DNA of 64,000 bases from an uncultured delta proteobacterium (GTDB taxonomy: Bacteria > Myxococcota_A > Polyangia > Polyangiales > JAFGIB01): the NCBI GenBank assembly GCA_963778655.1, contig CAVZVA010000012.1, positions 96,001 through 160,000 of the forward strand, given 5' to 3'. A model generated the notes under the pieces. That model was not told the origin of the DNA, made no database searches, and was given only the letters and a program-made list of their open reading frames with translations. Position 1 is the first letter of the stretch. The number at the start of each line of letters is the position of its first letter. Position numbers and translations under genes: made by a program. Positions 29,300 to 38,940 of the stretch are shown here, one piece after another.

Positions 29300-30295
29300 T
29301 CAGGGATCCGCCTCGCCTTCGCGGATGGAGGCGGGAGGTGCAGCAGCGGAGCCGGCCGGGAAGCCGCGCAGCGTGTCGACCACGTAGAGCGGCCGTCGTT
29401 TGACTTCTTCGAAGACGCGTCCGATGTACTCGCCCTGAATGCCGTTGCTTACGAGCGACAGCCCGTTGAACAACAGCAGCAGGGAGAGCAGCGATGCATA
29501 GCCCGGGACATCGACGCCCAGCACCAGTGTCTTGACCACCGTCCAAATGAAGTAGGCGAACGACGCGAGCGCGGTGAGGCCGCCCACGTACGTCCACACG
29601 CGCAGGGGCACCGAGGAAAACGAGAAGATCCCGTCGAGAGCGAAGTTCCACAGCTTCCAATAGCTCCAGGTCGTTTGGCCGATCGCACGCGGTGCGGCCT
29701 CGAAGTAGACTTCCGTTCGCTTGAAACCTGGCCAGGCAAACAAGCCCTTCATGAAGCGAGTTCGCTCCGGCATGGCGTTGAGCACGTCCACCACCCTCCG
29801 GTCGAGCAGGCGGTAGTCGCCAGCGTTCTGGGGAATGTCGACCGAAGTGAGCCCGCGTAAGACTCGGTAGAACGTGTGGCTGAGGCTGCGGCGCAGCACG
29901 CCTTCTTCTCCCCTGGACGCCCGGATCGCGATCACCATCATGCTGCCGTTCTTCCACTCGCGATACATGTCGCAGATCAGGGCCGGAGGGTGTTGCAGGT
30001 CGCAGTCGATGGGAACGACGGCAGCGCCTGCTGCATAAGCGAGACCCGCGGTGAGCGCGATGTCTTTGCCGAAGTTCCTGGCGAGCTCCACGACGCGAAC
30101 AGCCGGATGCTCGGCGGACGCTCGCGCCAGCAGCTCCGAGGACCGATCGCGGCTGCCGTCGTTGACGAAGACGATCTCGTGGCTCGTGGTCAGCTCGTGC
30201 AGCACCGGAAGCGTGGCCGCCAAGAACGCGTCGATAGAGCGTTCCTCGTTGTACACCGGAACGACGAGCGACAGCTCAACAGGCGCGTTTGGCAT
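29300..30295 (-). CDS. GT2 polyprenyl-phosphate glycosyltransferase (GtrB-like)
   Basis: LSLVVPVYNEE, VNDGSRD, RNFGK, IDCDLQHPP, GDYRLLDR, two C-terminal TM helices, GEYIGRVFEEVKRRPLY. Alternative start 30346. Confidence 0.9.
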   Translation of the reverse strand: MPNAPVELSLVVPVYNEERSIDAFLAATLPVLHELTTSHEIVFVNDGSRDRSSELLARASAEHPAVRVVELARNFGKDIALTAGLAYAAGAAVVPIDCDLQHPPALICDMYREWKNGSMMVIAIRASRGEEGVLRRSLSHTFYRVLRGLTSVDIPQNAGDYRLLDRRVVDVLNAMPERTRFMKGLFAWPGFKRTEVYFEAAPRAIGQTTWSYWKLWNFALDGIFSFSSVPLRVWTYVGGLTALASFAYFIWTVVKTLVLGVDVPGYASLLSLLLLFNGLSLVSNGIQGEYIGRVFEEVKRRPLYVVDTLRGFPAGSAAAPPASIREGEADP

Positions 30296-30510
30296 GGTCA
30301 GGGTCCGGCGAGGCGGCGCGAGCCCGGCTCCACTCGGCGTTGGCATATTACATTCACAGAAGCCTGCAGCCAGCAAGTTGGAGCGCGCTGGCACTCGAGC
30401 ACCACGCATTGAAGACCGGCGGGGCCTCCACTAGGCTAGCGCCCCGCCGACTCGCCCCACGAGCCGGGTCTCGGCGTGCGTTCGACTCGGCCGGCGTCCG
30501 GTCTCACGAC

Positions 30511-31932
30511 ATGCTGCAATCGCTGCGCAACCTCCTCAACAATACCGGACCGTTCTCGCGCGCTCGGCTGGTCGGCATGCTGAGCTGGGCCGCGGTGGTC
30601 GGTTGTCTGTACGCATTCCTGCGTACCATGGCTCGCTTCGAGCCGATCACGGGGGACGGCTGGTACAACGCTTCCGACCTCAAGACGCTCGGCTCTGACC
30701 TCCCGTCGATGATCGAACGGCTCGAGCACCTGCACAACCATGGCAATCCGCGCATCGGCCAGTTGTTTACGATGCTCACCTACCTGCCTGGCGGTTTCCA
30801 CGTGGCCGTCACCCCGCTGGTGCTGTGCACGCTCTGCTTGCTGGTGCTCGTGCATGCGATGGGACGGCGTCCGCGATTCACTTCGGCTCACGACGCGTTC
30901 TTGCTGCTGTGGGGCTGCGGCGCGTGTTGGCTGGCGGCGCCTGCTCCCGGGCAGGCGTTCTTCTATCGCCCGATCACAACGAACTACGTCTACACCCTGA
31001 CGCTTGCGCTGCTGCTGCTCGTGCCGTTTCGGCTCGCCGCCAGGCGACCGTTCGGGTCGCTCGCCGTCGTGTCTGCGCTCCTCATCTTTCCGTTCGCCAT
31101 GTTCGTGGGCAAGACCAACGAGCATACCGGCCCAACGTTGATCGTGGTTGCTTTGCTCTACACGCTGGTCGCCCTGCGCCGCCGTGACTACCGCAACGCG
31201 TGCTGGATGTTGAGCGGCACGATCGGGCTGCTTTGGGGGTACTGGCTGTTGTTCTTCGCGCCGGGCCAGACAGTGCGCTACGGCAAGCTCGGCCGACAGA
31301 GCGTGGTCGAGACCATCGTCGGCAGGGGCCTGCTCGGCAACGCGGAGCTACTCAACGAGCTGTGCGGATACGTCGCCCCCTTGTTGGTCGCCACCTTGTG
31401 CGGCGTGGTGGCGTACGGGTTTGCCCGGCGCAAGCAGGCTCCCGACCCGCAGCCGCGGTTGCGGATCGAGGCGCTGGGCGCGTACGTGTTGGCCGCGGCG
31501 GCCGTGGCTGGCACCTCGCTGGCGGCGCCCAAGAATCACTATCGGCTGTTCATCGCGCCTGGAGTCCTGCTCGCCATCGCGTCGGTAATCGCAGTGGATT
31601 GGATCTCGAGCGAACGCGGCGTGCGCCGACTGCTCGTCACGCTCGCGCTTGCCCTGAACTTGGCGTTCGCGTGGGTGTTCTTGGCGTTGTATGGGCGGAT
31701 CCACGAGGACGAGCTCGAGCGCCTCGCGATCGTGCATGCGGCCAAGCCACGCCAGCTCGTGGTGGTGCCGATGATGCGAGACTACAAACGCGATGCGCTG
31801 TTCTATGGCGACAGTCTGGGAGTCGACGCGCGACATCGCGCGCGCATGCAGTTGCTCTACGGGCTGCATCGGGTGAAGGTGGTGCGGCGCGAGGCCTGGG
31901 AGAAGGCGCGGGCGAAACGAAAGAAGCACTGA
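30511..31932 (+). CDS. Polytopic GT-C-like membrane protein (DUF6056-like)
   Basis: GDGW, NPRIG, TNYVY, GKTNEHT, APGQTVR motifs and TM helices; divergent from the GtrB-like gene. Confidence 0.65.
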   Translation: MLQSLRNLLNNTGPFSRARLVGMLSWAAVVGCLYAFLRTMARFEPITGDGWYNASDLKTLGSDLPSMIERLEHLHNHGNPRIGQLFTMLTYLPGGFHVAVTPLVLCTLCLLVLVHAMGRRPRFTSAHDAFLLLWGCGACWLAAPAPGQAFFYRPITTNYVYTLTLALLLLVPFRLAARRPFGSLAVVSALLIFPFAMFVGKTNEHTGPTLIVVALLYTLVALRRRDYRNACWMLSGTIGLLWGYWLLFFAPGQTVRYGKLGRQSVVETIVGRGLLGNAELLNELCGYVAPLLVATLCGVVAYGFARRKQAPDPQPRLRIEALGAYVLAAAAVAGTSLAAPKNHYRLFIAPGVLLAIASVIAVDWISSERGVRRLLVTLALALNLAFAWVFLALYGRIHEDELERLAIVHAAKPRQLVVVPMMRDYKRDALFYGDSLGVDARHRARMQLLYGLHRVKVVRREAWEKARAKRKKH

Positions 31933-32169
31933 TATCGCACGCCGTGATCCCAACCCGGAGATGGGAAGGCGACGCCCGCGCCGGGCCGGGACCGAGTCGA
32001 CGAGCACTGCCCAAGGCCGCTCACCCGCTGCCCGGGGGCGGGGGCAGCAACCCGGGGCGCCGCGCAGGCTGCCTTCAGCCGGAGCAGCGCCCGATCGGCT
32101 CTTAGCCAACCCCGGCGGGTTGTGCTAGCCTTGCGCGCCGCGGCCCGCACGCGGCTGCGCGGCGCCGCC

Positions 32170-33456
32170 ATGACGGAGCTTCCGACAAGAACGATCGGCG
32201 TCATCGGCCTGGGCTACGTGGGCCTACCCGTGGCGGTTGCCATGGCGGAGCGCTTTGCGGGCACGGTGGGCTTCGACATCAGCGCCAGCCGCATCGCTCA
32301 GCTTCGCTCGGGGCACGACGCGACGCGCGAGGTCGAGCCGGAGCGCTTGCGCAACGCCGGCATCGCGCTGACCGACGACCCGGCGGGCCTGGCCGGTGTC
32401 GACTTCTTCATCGTCACCGTGCCCACGCCGATCGACAGCGACAACCGTCCGGACCTGAGCGCGGTCCGCGCCGCGACCGAGACCGTGGGCCGCGTGCTGC
32501 GGCCCGGCGCAATCGTGGTCTACGAGTCGACCGTCTACCCCGGCGTAACCGAGGAGGTGTGCGGGCCGATCCTGGAGCGCGTGTCCGGCTTGCGCTGCGG
32601 GGTCGACTTCAAGCTCGGCTATTCCCCCGAGCGCATCAACCCCGGCGACAAGGAGCACACCTTCGAGCGCGTGATCAAGGTAGTCTCGGGCCAGGACGCG
32701 GACAGCGCCGCGGTCATTGCGGCCGTCTATGGGGCTGTGGTCAAGGGCGGTGTGCACGTAGCCTCGAGCATCAAGGTCGCCGAGGCGGCCAAGGTGATCG
32801 AGAACACGCAGCGCGATCTCAACATCGCGCTGATGAACGAGCTGGCCATCATCTTCGACCGGCTCCAGATCGACACCCAGGAAGTGCTGGCCGCGGCCGG
32901 GACGAAGTGGAACTTCCTGCGCTTCACCCCAGGCCTGGTGGGCGGGCACTGCATCGGCGTCGATCCCTATTACCTCACTACCCGCGCCGAGCAGGTCGGC
33001 GTGCACCCGCAGGTGATCCTCGCCGGCCGGCGCATCAACGACGGCATGGGCGCGTTCGTGGCGCAGCACGTGGTCAAACGCCTGATCCTGGCGGGCGTGC
33101 ACGTGGCGCGCTCGCGCGCGCTGCTGGTGGGCTTCACCTTCAAGGAAAACGTGCCCGATGTGCGCAACACGCGGGTGTTCTCGATCGTCGAGGCGCTGCG
33201 CGAGTTCCAGGTCGACGTTACGGTCTGGGACCCGGAGGCGGACCCCGACGAGGTGCGCCACGAGTACGGCATCGAGCTTTCGCCGCTCGACAAGCAGGCC
33301 CACTTCGACGCGCTGGTGTTCGCGGTCCCTCACCGTGGCTGTGCCGAGGTGGTGCTCGAGCTGGTGCAAAGCGGCAGGATCCCCGTGCTGTGCGACGTCA
33401 AGGGCGCGATCGATCGGGCCGCGCTGCCGGCCGGTGTTCTGTACTGGAGGTTGTGA
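32170..33456 (+). CDS. wbpO: UDP-N-acetylhexosamine 6-dehydrogenase (WbpO/TviB family)
   Basis: GLGYVGLP, YESTVYPG, SPERINPGD, AKVIENTQRD, GGHCIGVDPYY, TFKENVPD. Confidence 0.9.
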   Translation: MTELPTRTIGVIGLGYVGLPVAVAMAERFAGTVGFDISASRIAQLRSGHDATREVEPERLRNAGIALTDDPAGLAGVDFFIVTVPTPIDSDNRPDLSAVRAATETVGRVLRPGAIVVYESTVYPGVTEEVCGPILERVSGLRCGVDFKLGYSPERINPGDKEHTFERVIKVVSGQDADSAAVIAAVYGAVVKGGVHVASSIKVAEAAKVIENTQRDLNIALMNELAIIFDRLQIDTQEVLAAAGTKWNFLRFTPGLVGGHCIGVDPYYLTTRAEQVGVHPQVILAGRRINDGMGAFVAQHVVKRLILAGVHVARSRALLVGFTFKENVPDVRNTRVFSIVEALREFQVDVTVWDPEADPDEVRHEYGIELSPLDKQAHFDALVFAVPHRGCAEVVLELVQSGRIPVLCDVKGAIDRAALPAGVLYWRL

Positions 33457-33457
33457 G

Positions 33458-34486
33458 GTGCCTTCGCCGTACGAGAGCCGCCTGCGCGCGCTGCAGGCGC
33501 GGCCCCGCACCTGGCTGGTCACCGGGGCGGCGGGCTTCATCGGCTCGCATCTGGTCGAAGCGCTGTTGCGCGCGGACCAGCGCGTGGTGGGTCTGGATAA
33601 CTTCGCTACCGGCAGCCGCGAGAACCTGGCCCTGGTCGAGCAAGCCCTGGCCGACCCGGAGCGCTTCCGGCGCTTGAGCTTGCTCGAGGCCGACGTGTGC
33701 GACCTCGACGCCTGCGTGCGGGCCTCGGCCGGCGCGGACTACGTGCTGCACCAGGCCGCGCTCGGCTCGGTCCCGCGCTCGATCGAGAAACCGCTCGATA
33801 CCCACCGCGCCAACGTCGACGGCACGCTGAATGTGTTTCTGGCGGCCTTGCAGAACGGCGTGCCGCGCGTGGTCTACGCCTCCTCTTCCAGCGTTTACGG
33901 TGACGATCCGGGGCTGCCGAAAGTCGAGATCCGCATCGGCCGCCCGCTCTCCCCCTATGCGGCCAGCAAGCACATCGACGAGCTCTATGCCGAGGTGCTG
34001 GGCCGCACTCACGCGCTGTCCGCGGTCGGCCTGCGCTACTTCAACGTGGTCGGCTCGCGCCAGGACCCAAACGGGCCCTACGCGGCAGTGGTGCCGCGCT
34101 GGGTGCAGGCCCTGGCGCGCGGGCAACAGGTCACGATCTTCGGCGACGGCGAGACCTCGCGCGATTTCTGCCCGGTGCAGAACGTCGTGCAGGCCAACCT
34201 GCTGGCGGCGACGGCGGAAGGCGAGCTGCGCGGGCGCGTCTACAACGTCGCGCTAGGCGGTCGCACCTCGCTCAACCAGCTCTACGCCCTGATCCGCGCC
34301 GGCATGAGCGCGCGCGGTTTTGCCTGCGCGCAGCTCGAGCCGCGGCACGCCGAGTTCCGGCCGGGCGACGTACGCCACAGTCTCGCCGACATCGAGGCTG
34401 CGCGGCGCGAGCTCGGCTACCAGCCGCACGTGCAGCTCGGGCCCGGCCTCGAGCAGGTCTTCGACTTCTTCGCCCGCGCCGCATGA
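33458..34486 (+). CDS. wbpP: UDP-GlcNAc(A) C4-epimerase (WbpP/TviC family)
   Basis: WLVTGAAGFIGS, HQAALGSVPRS, YASSSSVYGD, YAASK, RQDPNGPYAAV, GDGETSRDF. Confidence 0.88.
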   Translation: MPSPYESRLRALQARPRTWLVTGAAGFIGSHLVEALLRADQRVVGLDNFATGSRENLALVEQALADPERFRRLSLLEADVCDLDACVRASAGADYVLHQAALGSVPRSIEKPLDTHRANVDGTLNVFLAALQNGVPRVVYASSSSVYGDDPGLPKVEIRIGRPLSPYAASKHIDELYAEVLGRTHALSAVGLRYFNVVGSRQDPNGPYAAVVPRWVQALARGQQVTIFGDGETSRDFCPVQNVVQANLLAATAEGELRGRVYNVALGGRTSLNQLYALIRAGMSARGFACAQLEPRHAEFRPGDVRHSLADIEAARRELGYQPHVQLGPGLEQVFDFFARAA

Positions 34487-35472
34487 TGACCGAGATCTTT
34501 TTCGTCGTCGGTCGCGGCCGGTCCGGCACCACGTTGCTGTCGCGGATGCTCGGCCAGCACCCTCAGCTGGCGATGGCGCCGGAAGGCTTCTTTCTGCTGA
34601 ACCTGCAGCGCAAGTACCGCGCCGGCCCGTGGAGCGAGCGCCGCGTCAAGGCATTCTGCCGTGACCTGGTGCGCGAGAACCGGATGCGCAGCTGGGGGCT
34701 CGACCTCGGGCGCCTGGCCGCACGCCTGAACGAGCGCCGGGGGCGGCTGACCTACACCGAGGCATGCCGCCTGGTCTACCTCAGCTACGCCGAGGACACG
34801 CTCGGCCGCGCCGCGCCCAAGTGGATCGGCGACAAGAATCCGCACTACGCGCTGATGATCCCGCGCCTTCAACGCGTCTTTCCTCACGCCCGCTTCGTGC
34901 ACATCACCCGGGACTACCGCGACAACATCCACAGCTACCGCGGCCTGCCCTTCGATCTCGCCAACCACGCAGCGCTCGCCCAGCGCTGGAAGAGCTACAA
35001 TCAGGCGATCCTGCGCGCGAGCCGGCGCAGGCCGGAGCGCTTCCTCTGGCTCCGCTACGAGGATCTGCTTGCCTATCCCGAGCACGAGCTGGGGCGCATC
35101 TGCAGCTTTCTCGGCGTGGAGCTCGACCGGCGCATGCTGGACTTCCACGCGACCGCGGACGACACCTTCTACGGGCGCAAGAGCCCGTGGTTCGACAACC
35201 TGCGCAAGCCGCTGGACCCCTCGCAGGCCGGCAAGGGGCAGCAGCTGCCCGCAACCGCGATGCACGACGCCGAGCTGATCTGCGGCGCGTTCGGCGAGGG
35301 CTTCGGCTATCACGCGAGCGCCAACGGGAGCGCGCTGCCGCTGCGTGCGCGCGCGGGCGCCTTCTACGGCTGGTGCTCCGTGCAAGCCGAGAAGGCGCTG
35401 TTCGGGGCAGCGCCCGTCGGCCTGCGCACCGGGCTGATCAACGTCTACCGCCGGCTTTCGGGCCGAGTGTGA
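34483..35472 (+). CDS. Sulfotransferase (PAPS-dependent)
   Basis: 5'-PSB motif GRGRSGTTLL, GDKNP, HITRDYRDNIHS, LRYEDL; start overlaps the epimerase stop. Confidence 0.85.
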   Translation: MMTEIFFVVGRGRSGTTLLSRMLGQHPQLAMAPEGFFLLNLQRKYRAGPWSERRVKAFCRDLVRENRMRSWGLDLGRLAARLNERRGRLTYTEACRLVYLSYAEDTLGRAAPKWIGDKNPHYALMIPRLQRVFPHARFVHITRDYRDNIHSYRGLPFDLANHAALAQRWKSYNQAILRASRRRPERFLWLRYEDLLAYPEHELGRICSFLGVELDRRMLDFHATADDTFYGRKSPWFDNLRKPLDPSQAGKGQQLPATAMHDAELICGAFGEGFGYHASANGSALPLRARAGAFYGWCSVQAEKALFGAAPVGLRTGLINVYRRLSGRV

Positions 35473-35479
35473 GCCCGGC

Positions 35480-36475
35480 GTGCGGTCGCGCTGGGCACTG
35501 TTGCGCTGGGCCCGGGTCGCGCTCGGGCTGGGGCTGCTCGGCCTGCTGCTGAGCCGGGTGCAGCTGCGCGAGCTGACGCTGCTCGCGCGCAGCGGCGACC
35601 GGGGCGCGCTCGCGCTCGCGCTCGGCCTGCTGTTCGCGGCCAACCCGCTGCTGCAGACGCTGCGCCTGCACGTGCTGGTCTCGCGCTACACCCGCAGCCT
35701 GGGCCTGAGCTTCGAGGTGTTCTCGGTCGGCTCCTTCTTCAACCTCACGCTGCCGAGCAACGTGGGAGGGGATGCGGTCAAGCTTCTCTACCTGAAGCGG
35801 ATGCAGGCGCAGAGCTGGGGCGCACCGTTCGCCTTGCTCGCCCTGCACCGCGTTACCGGTATGGCAGTGCTGCTGCTGGCCGCGGCGATCTATGCCGGCT
35901 GCGATCCGCAAAGGATGTCGGCGGCGCTGCACGCGGCCCACCTCCAGGCGCACTTTCCGCCGCGGCTCGCCGCCTTCGGCGGCGGCCTGCTGCTGCTCGG
36001 CGGGCTCGGCTGGCTCGCGCTGTCCGCCGGGCGCCGCCGGCACATCGTCGACGGCGCCCGGCGCTTCGGCAGCGACTGCGCCACGGCCTTGCTCGAGATC
36101 GGCGCCCGCGCCACGGTCGAGTTGCTGCTGCTCACCGTCGCCTTTCACGCGTTGCGGCTGGCTGCCTTCTATCTCCTGGTCGGGGCCACCGGGCAGCACG
36201 TGGCGCCGCTCGATCTGCTGATCGTGCTCGCCGTGACGGCGCTCGCTGGCGTGGTGCCGCTGAGCGTGGGAGGCCTCGGCCTGATGGAGGGCGCGGTCAG
36301 CATCACGCTGGGCATGTTCGGCGTCGGCGCCAGCGCCGCGCTGTTCGCCGCGCTCGCCAACCGCGCTGTGTTGCTGGTCGGCGCCGCGATCGGAGGCGTC
36401 CTCTACATCACCTCGCGCGAGCGCGTGGCGCGCGGCCCGAGCGCGCGCGCCGGCAAGGAGGAGCGACCGCGCTGA
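35480..36475 (+). CDS. Lysylphosphatidylglycerol-synthase TM-domain protein (flippase-like)
   Basis: FFNLTLPSNVGGDAVK, PLSVGGLGLMEG; TM helices. Confidence 0.8.
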   Translation: MRSRWALLRWARVALGLGLLGLLLSRVQLRELTLLARSGDRGALALALGLLFAANPLLQTLRLHVLVSRYTRSLGLSFEVFSVGSFFNLTLPSNVGGDAVKLLYLKRMQAQSWGAPFALLALHRVTGMAVLLLAAAIYAGCDPQRMSAALHAAHLQAHFPPRLAAFGGGLLLLGGLGWLALSAGRRRHIVDGARRFGSDCATALLEIGARATVELLLLTVAFHALRLAAFYLLVGATGQHVAPLDLLIVLAVTALAGVVPLSVGGLGLMEGAVSITLGMFGVGASAALFAALANRAVLLVGAAIGGVLYITSRERVARGPSARAGKEERPR

Positions 36476-38631
36476 GGGCGCCACCCGCGCTCGGCGCCGG
36501 CGCTGTGGGTCCAGATCGCATTGCCCTCGCTCAGCGCGACGCGCCGGTAGCCGGCCGCGTGCAGCGCACGCGCGAGCGAGCGGTTGCTCGGGCCCTGCAC
36601 CGGCGCCACCACGCCCTCGATGTGATACAGGCGCAGGCACGAGATCAACCAGCGTTCGGCAAAGGCGCTCAGGTCCGGGTATGCGATCAGGCGCGTCAGC
36701 AGCCTGCGCCGCGAGCGCTCGCGCCGGCCTGTAGGCAGGTAAGCGGGCTTGACGAACAGCGGGTAGTCGTAGCCGTTGAGCATCGGCAGCACCACCGACA
36801 CCTCGAGCGGCGCCAGCACCTGCCGGTGCGGGGGTAGGTGCGCGATCAGCGCCTGCGCGACCCTGTACGCCTCGCGGTCGACCTTGGGTCGCGGCCAGTC
36901 GAACCCGTCGTCGGCGAAGATCGTGCGCGGCGATACGCGCACGAAGAACAGACACAACACCAGTCCGAACAGCGTCAGGCGCAGGCCCTGCGGACCGCGT
37001 CCCGGCTGCAGCAGGCAGCTCGTCGCCAGACCGAAGAGCACCGGCAGAGGCAGCAGCCAAAGCACCCGCCAGTAGATCGACGGCGTCGTCAGCATGGCGA
37101 CAGTGTGCGTCAGGTGCGGGTTGCCGAAGAGCGCGAAGAAACCCAGCGGGAATACCACCGCGAAGCGGCGCGCCAGCGGCGTGCGGCACAGTGGCCAGGT
37201 GCAGAGCACGATCGCGAGCGCGGCCAGCAGGGGCCGGTCGGCGCCCAGCACCATCGCATAGCCCTGCTCGAGCAGCTCGCCGGGGGCGAGCGCGTGCGAG
37301 TGCGCCCCCGCTGCAGCCGTTCCCGCTGCAGCCGCCCCGGCCCTCGCCGTGGCCGCGCTCACCGCCGCCGTGACCGGCGCCGAGCGCTGTGAGGTCCACT
37401 CGAAGTACAGGCCGAGCGCCAGCAGGTAGCTCGAGGACAGCGCCGACAACAGCAGCGTTCGCAGTGCCGAGAGCCGCGGCGCGAGCGCGCACAACACCGA
37501 AAGTCCCGCCAGCACCGGCGCAGCCCAGAATGCAGTCACCGTGCTGCCGAGCGCCGCGATCTGCGTCGCGGCCAGCATGGCGAAGGTCTTGCGCGAGGGC
37601 GCGAGGCCGAAGCGGATGCCGTGGGCCATTATCAGCGGCGCGAGGGTGGTGATGAAGATCGCCTTGCCCTGGAACAGGCGCACGAAGGAGAAGTTGCCGA
37701 AGCTGCCGTGCACCGAGCTGTCGAAGACTAGGTAGAGCAGCGCGCCCAGCAGCGCGAACAGCCAGCGCCGCGGCTCGAGCAGCCGCAACAGGCGGGCCAG
37801 GGCCAGGGGCGTGAGCAGCCCGGCGATCGCCGGCAGCACCAGGTGTGCGACGTAGATCGTGCGCAGCCCGCTCAGGTAGCTGAGCAGACCCGCGAGCAGC
37901 TCGATGCTGGAGGCGCGGTAGGCGGGCACCCGCAGCGGTAGGTTCAGGCCGTGGATGGTGTCGCGCGACAACAACGCCTGGTGCGGAAAGTCGACCACCG
38001 AAACCGCCATGTTCACGTAGAAGGCGTCGTCGCTGTCGGGCCGTTGCGAGGTGAGCGTGAGCCAGGCGCAGGTGAGCCCGAGCGCCCACAGCAGCGCCTC
38101 CTGCCATTTCGGTTGCGGCGCCTGCAGGCTGCCGCGGCCGCTGCGCGCCAGGGTTGCATAGCTCGCGGCCACCAGCAGCAGTGCCAGCGTCGACAGCTCG
38201 TTCAGATCGCCACGCGCGCCGAAGCGTGCCACGAGCAGCAGGCCGGCGCCGAACGCAAGCATGCGCGCGAGCGGCCAGGGCTGGCGCTCGTGCTCGGGGT
38301 CGAGCCGCGCCGTCATCGGGTCCGCGACCAGTGCGACCAGCGCCTGCAGTCGGTCCCTGCGCGCGACCAGCAGCGCCGCGGCGGCCAGGGCGCAGAGCAG
38401 GGTGGCGGCCGCCAGGTGTACGCTGGTGCCGTGCAACAACACCAGGGCGTTGCACAGCAGGGTCCAGGCGGCGAACAGCAGGCAGCCGAGATCGGGCAGC
38501 AAGCAACTCAGGGGCGGGCGGGCGCTCCTCCCGGGCGCTGGCCCGTGCTCAGCGCTGCGATCCTCGTGGCCGGCTGATCTGGACAGGAAAGTCAAGGTCG
38601 GCAACCGGTGCGTGGCGATCCCGCGGGACAA
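36403..38631 (-). CDS. Polytopic GT-C-like membrane protein (DUF6077-like), paralogue of 24880..27393
   Basis: RPDSDDAFY, FVRLFQGKA, YWRVLWLLPL. Start uncertain; 3' end overlaps the convergent gene by 73 nt. Confidence 0.65.
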   Translation of the reverse strand: MSRGIATHRLPTLTFLSRSAGHEDRSAEHGPAPGRSARPPLSCLLPDLGCLLFAAWTLLCNALVLLHGTSVHLAAATLLCALAAAALLVARRDRLQALVALVADPMTARLDPEHERQPWPLARMLAFGAGLLLVARFGARGDLNELSTLALLLVAASYATLARSGRGSLQAPQPKWQEALLWALGLTCAWLTLTSQRPDSDDAFYVNMAVSVVDFPHQALLSRDTIHGLNLPLRVPAYRASSIELLAGLLSYLSGLRTIYVAHLVLPAIAGLLTPLALARLLRLLEPRRWLFALLGALLYLVFDSSVHGSFGNFSFVRLFQGKAIFITTLAPLIMAHGIRFGLAPSRKTFAMLAATQIAALGSTVTAFWAAPVLAGLSVLCALAPRLSALRTLLLSALSSSYLLALGLYFEWTSQRSAPVTAAVSAATARAGAAAAGTAAAGAHSHALAPGELLEQGYAMVLGADRPLLAALAIVLCTWPLCRTPLARRFAVVFPLGFFALFGNPHLTHTVAMLTTPSIYWRVLWLLPLPVLFGLATSCLLQPGRGPQGLRLTLFGLVLCLFFVRVSPRTIFADDGFDWPRPKVDREAYRVAQALIAHLPPHRQVLAPLEVSVVLPMLNGYDYPLFVKPAYLPTGRRERSRRRLLTRLIAYPDLSAFAERWLISCLRLYHIEGVVAPVQGPSNRSLARALHAAGYRRVALSEGNAIWTHSAGAERGWRPQRGRSSLPARALGPRATRSREVM

Positions 38632-38669
38632 TGAGTTGCGCGGGGGCGGAGCGCGGTCGATCGGAACGA

Positions 38670-38782
38670 GTGAGTCGAGCGTCGCGAGCGAAGCGACCCA
38701 CGGGGTGGGTCCCCGACGGCATTGCCACGGGGCCCTCCGGCCCCGGGGCGGGAGGGGCGGGAGGGGCGCGCGACCCTCCCGA
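38670..38782. repeat. REP-like cluster of short GC hairpins in a divergent intergenic region
   Basis: CGGGG-TGGGT-CCCCG, GGGGCC-CTCC-GGCCCC and GGGAGGG...CCCTCCC hairpins after GAGCGAAGCGA. Single copy in this window. Confidence 0.3.
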
Positions 38783-38940
38783 TCACGAGAACCTAGCTGG
38801 CTAGGAAAGCGTCGGAAAATCTCGCAGACGGCGGCCCAAAGTCAATACGTGCGGGCGCCCGCCTGCGGCCGCCGCGCGCGTCTCATGCGCGCGATTCAAT
38901 TCCAGCGATCCGCGGTGTACGGTCGCGTCAGGAGACGCCG

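Noticed and set aside
35438..38506. 1022-aa ORF and the many other long Arg/Ala/Pro-rich shadow ORFs
   Set aside because: They overlap well-supported genes in other frames or strands and lack motifs, as expected at this GC content.
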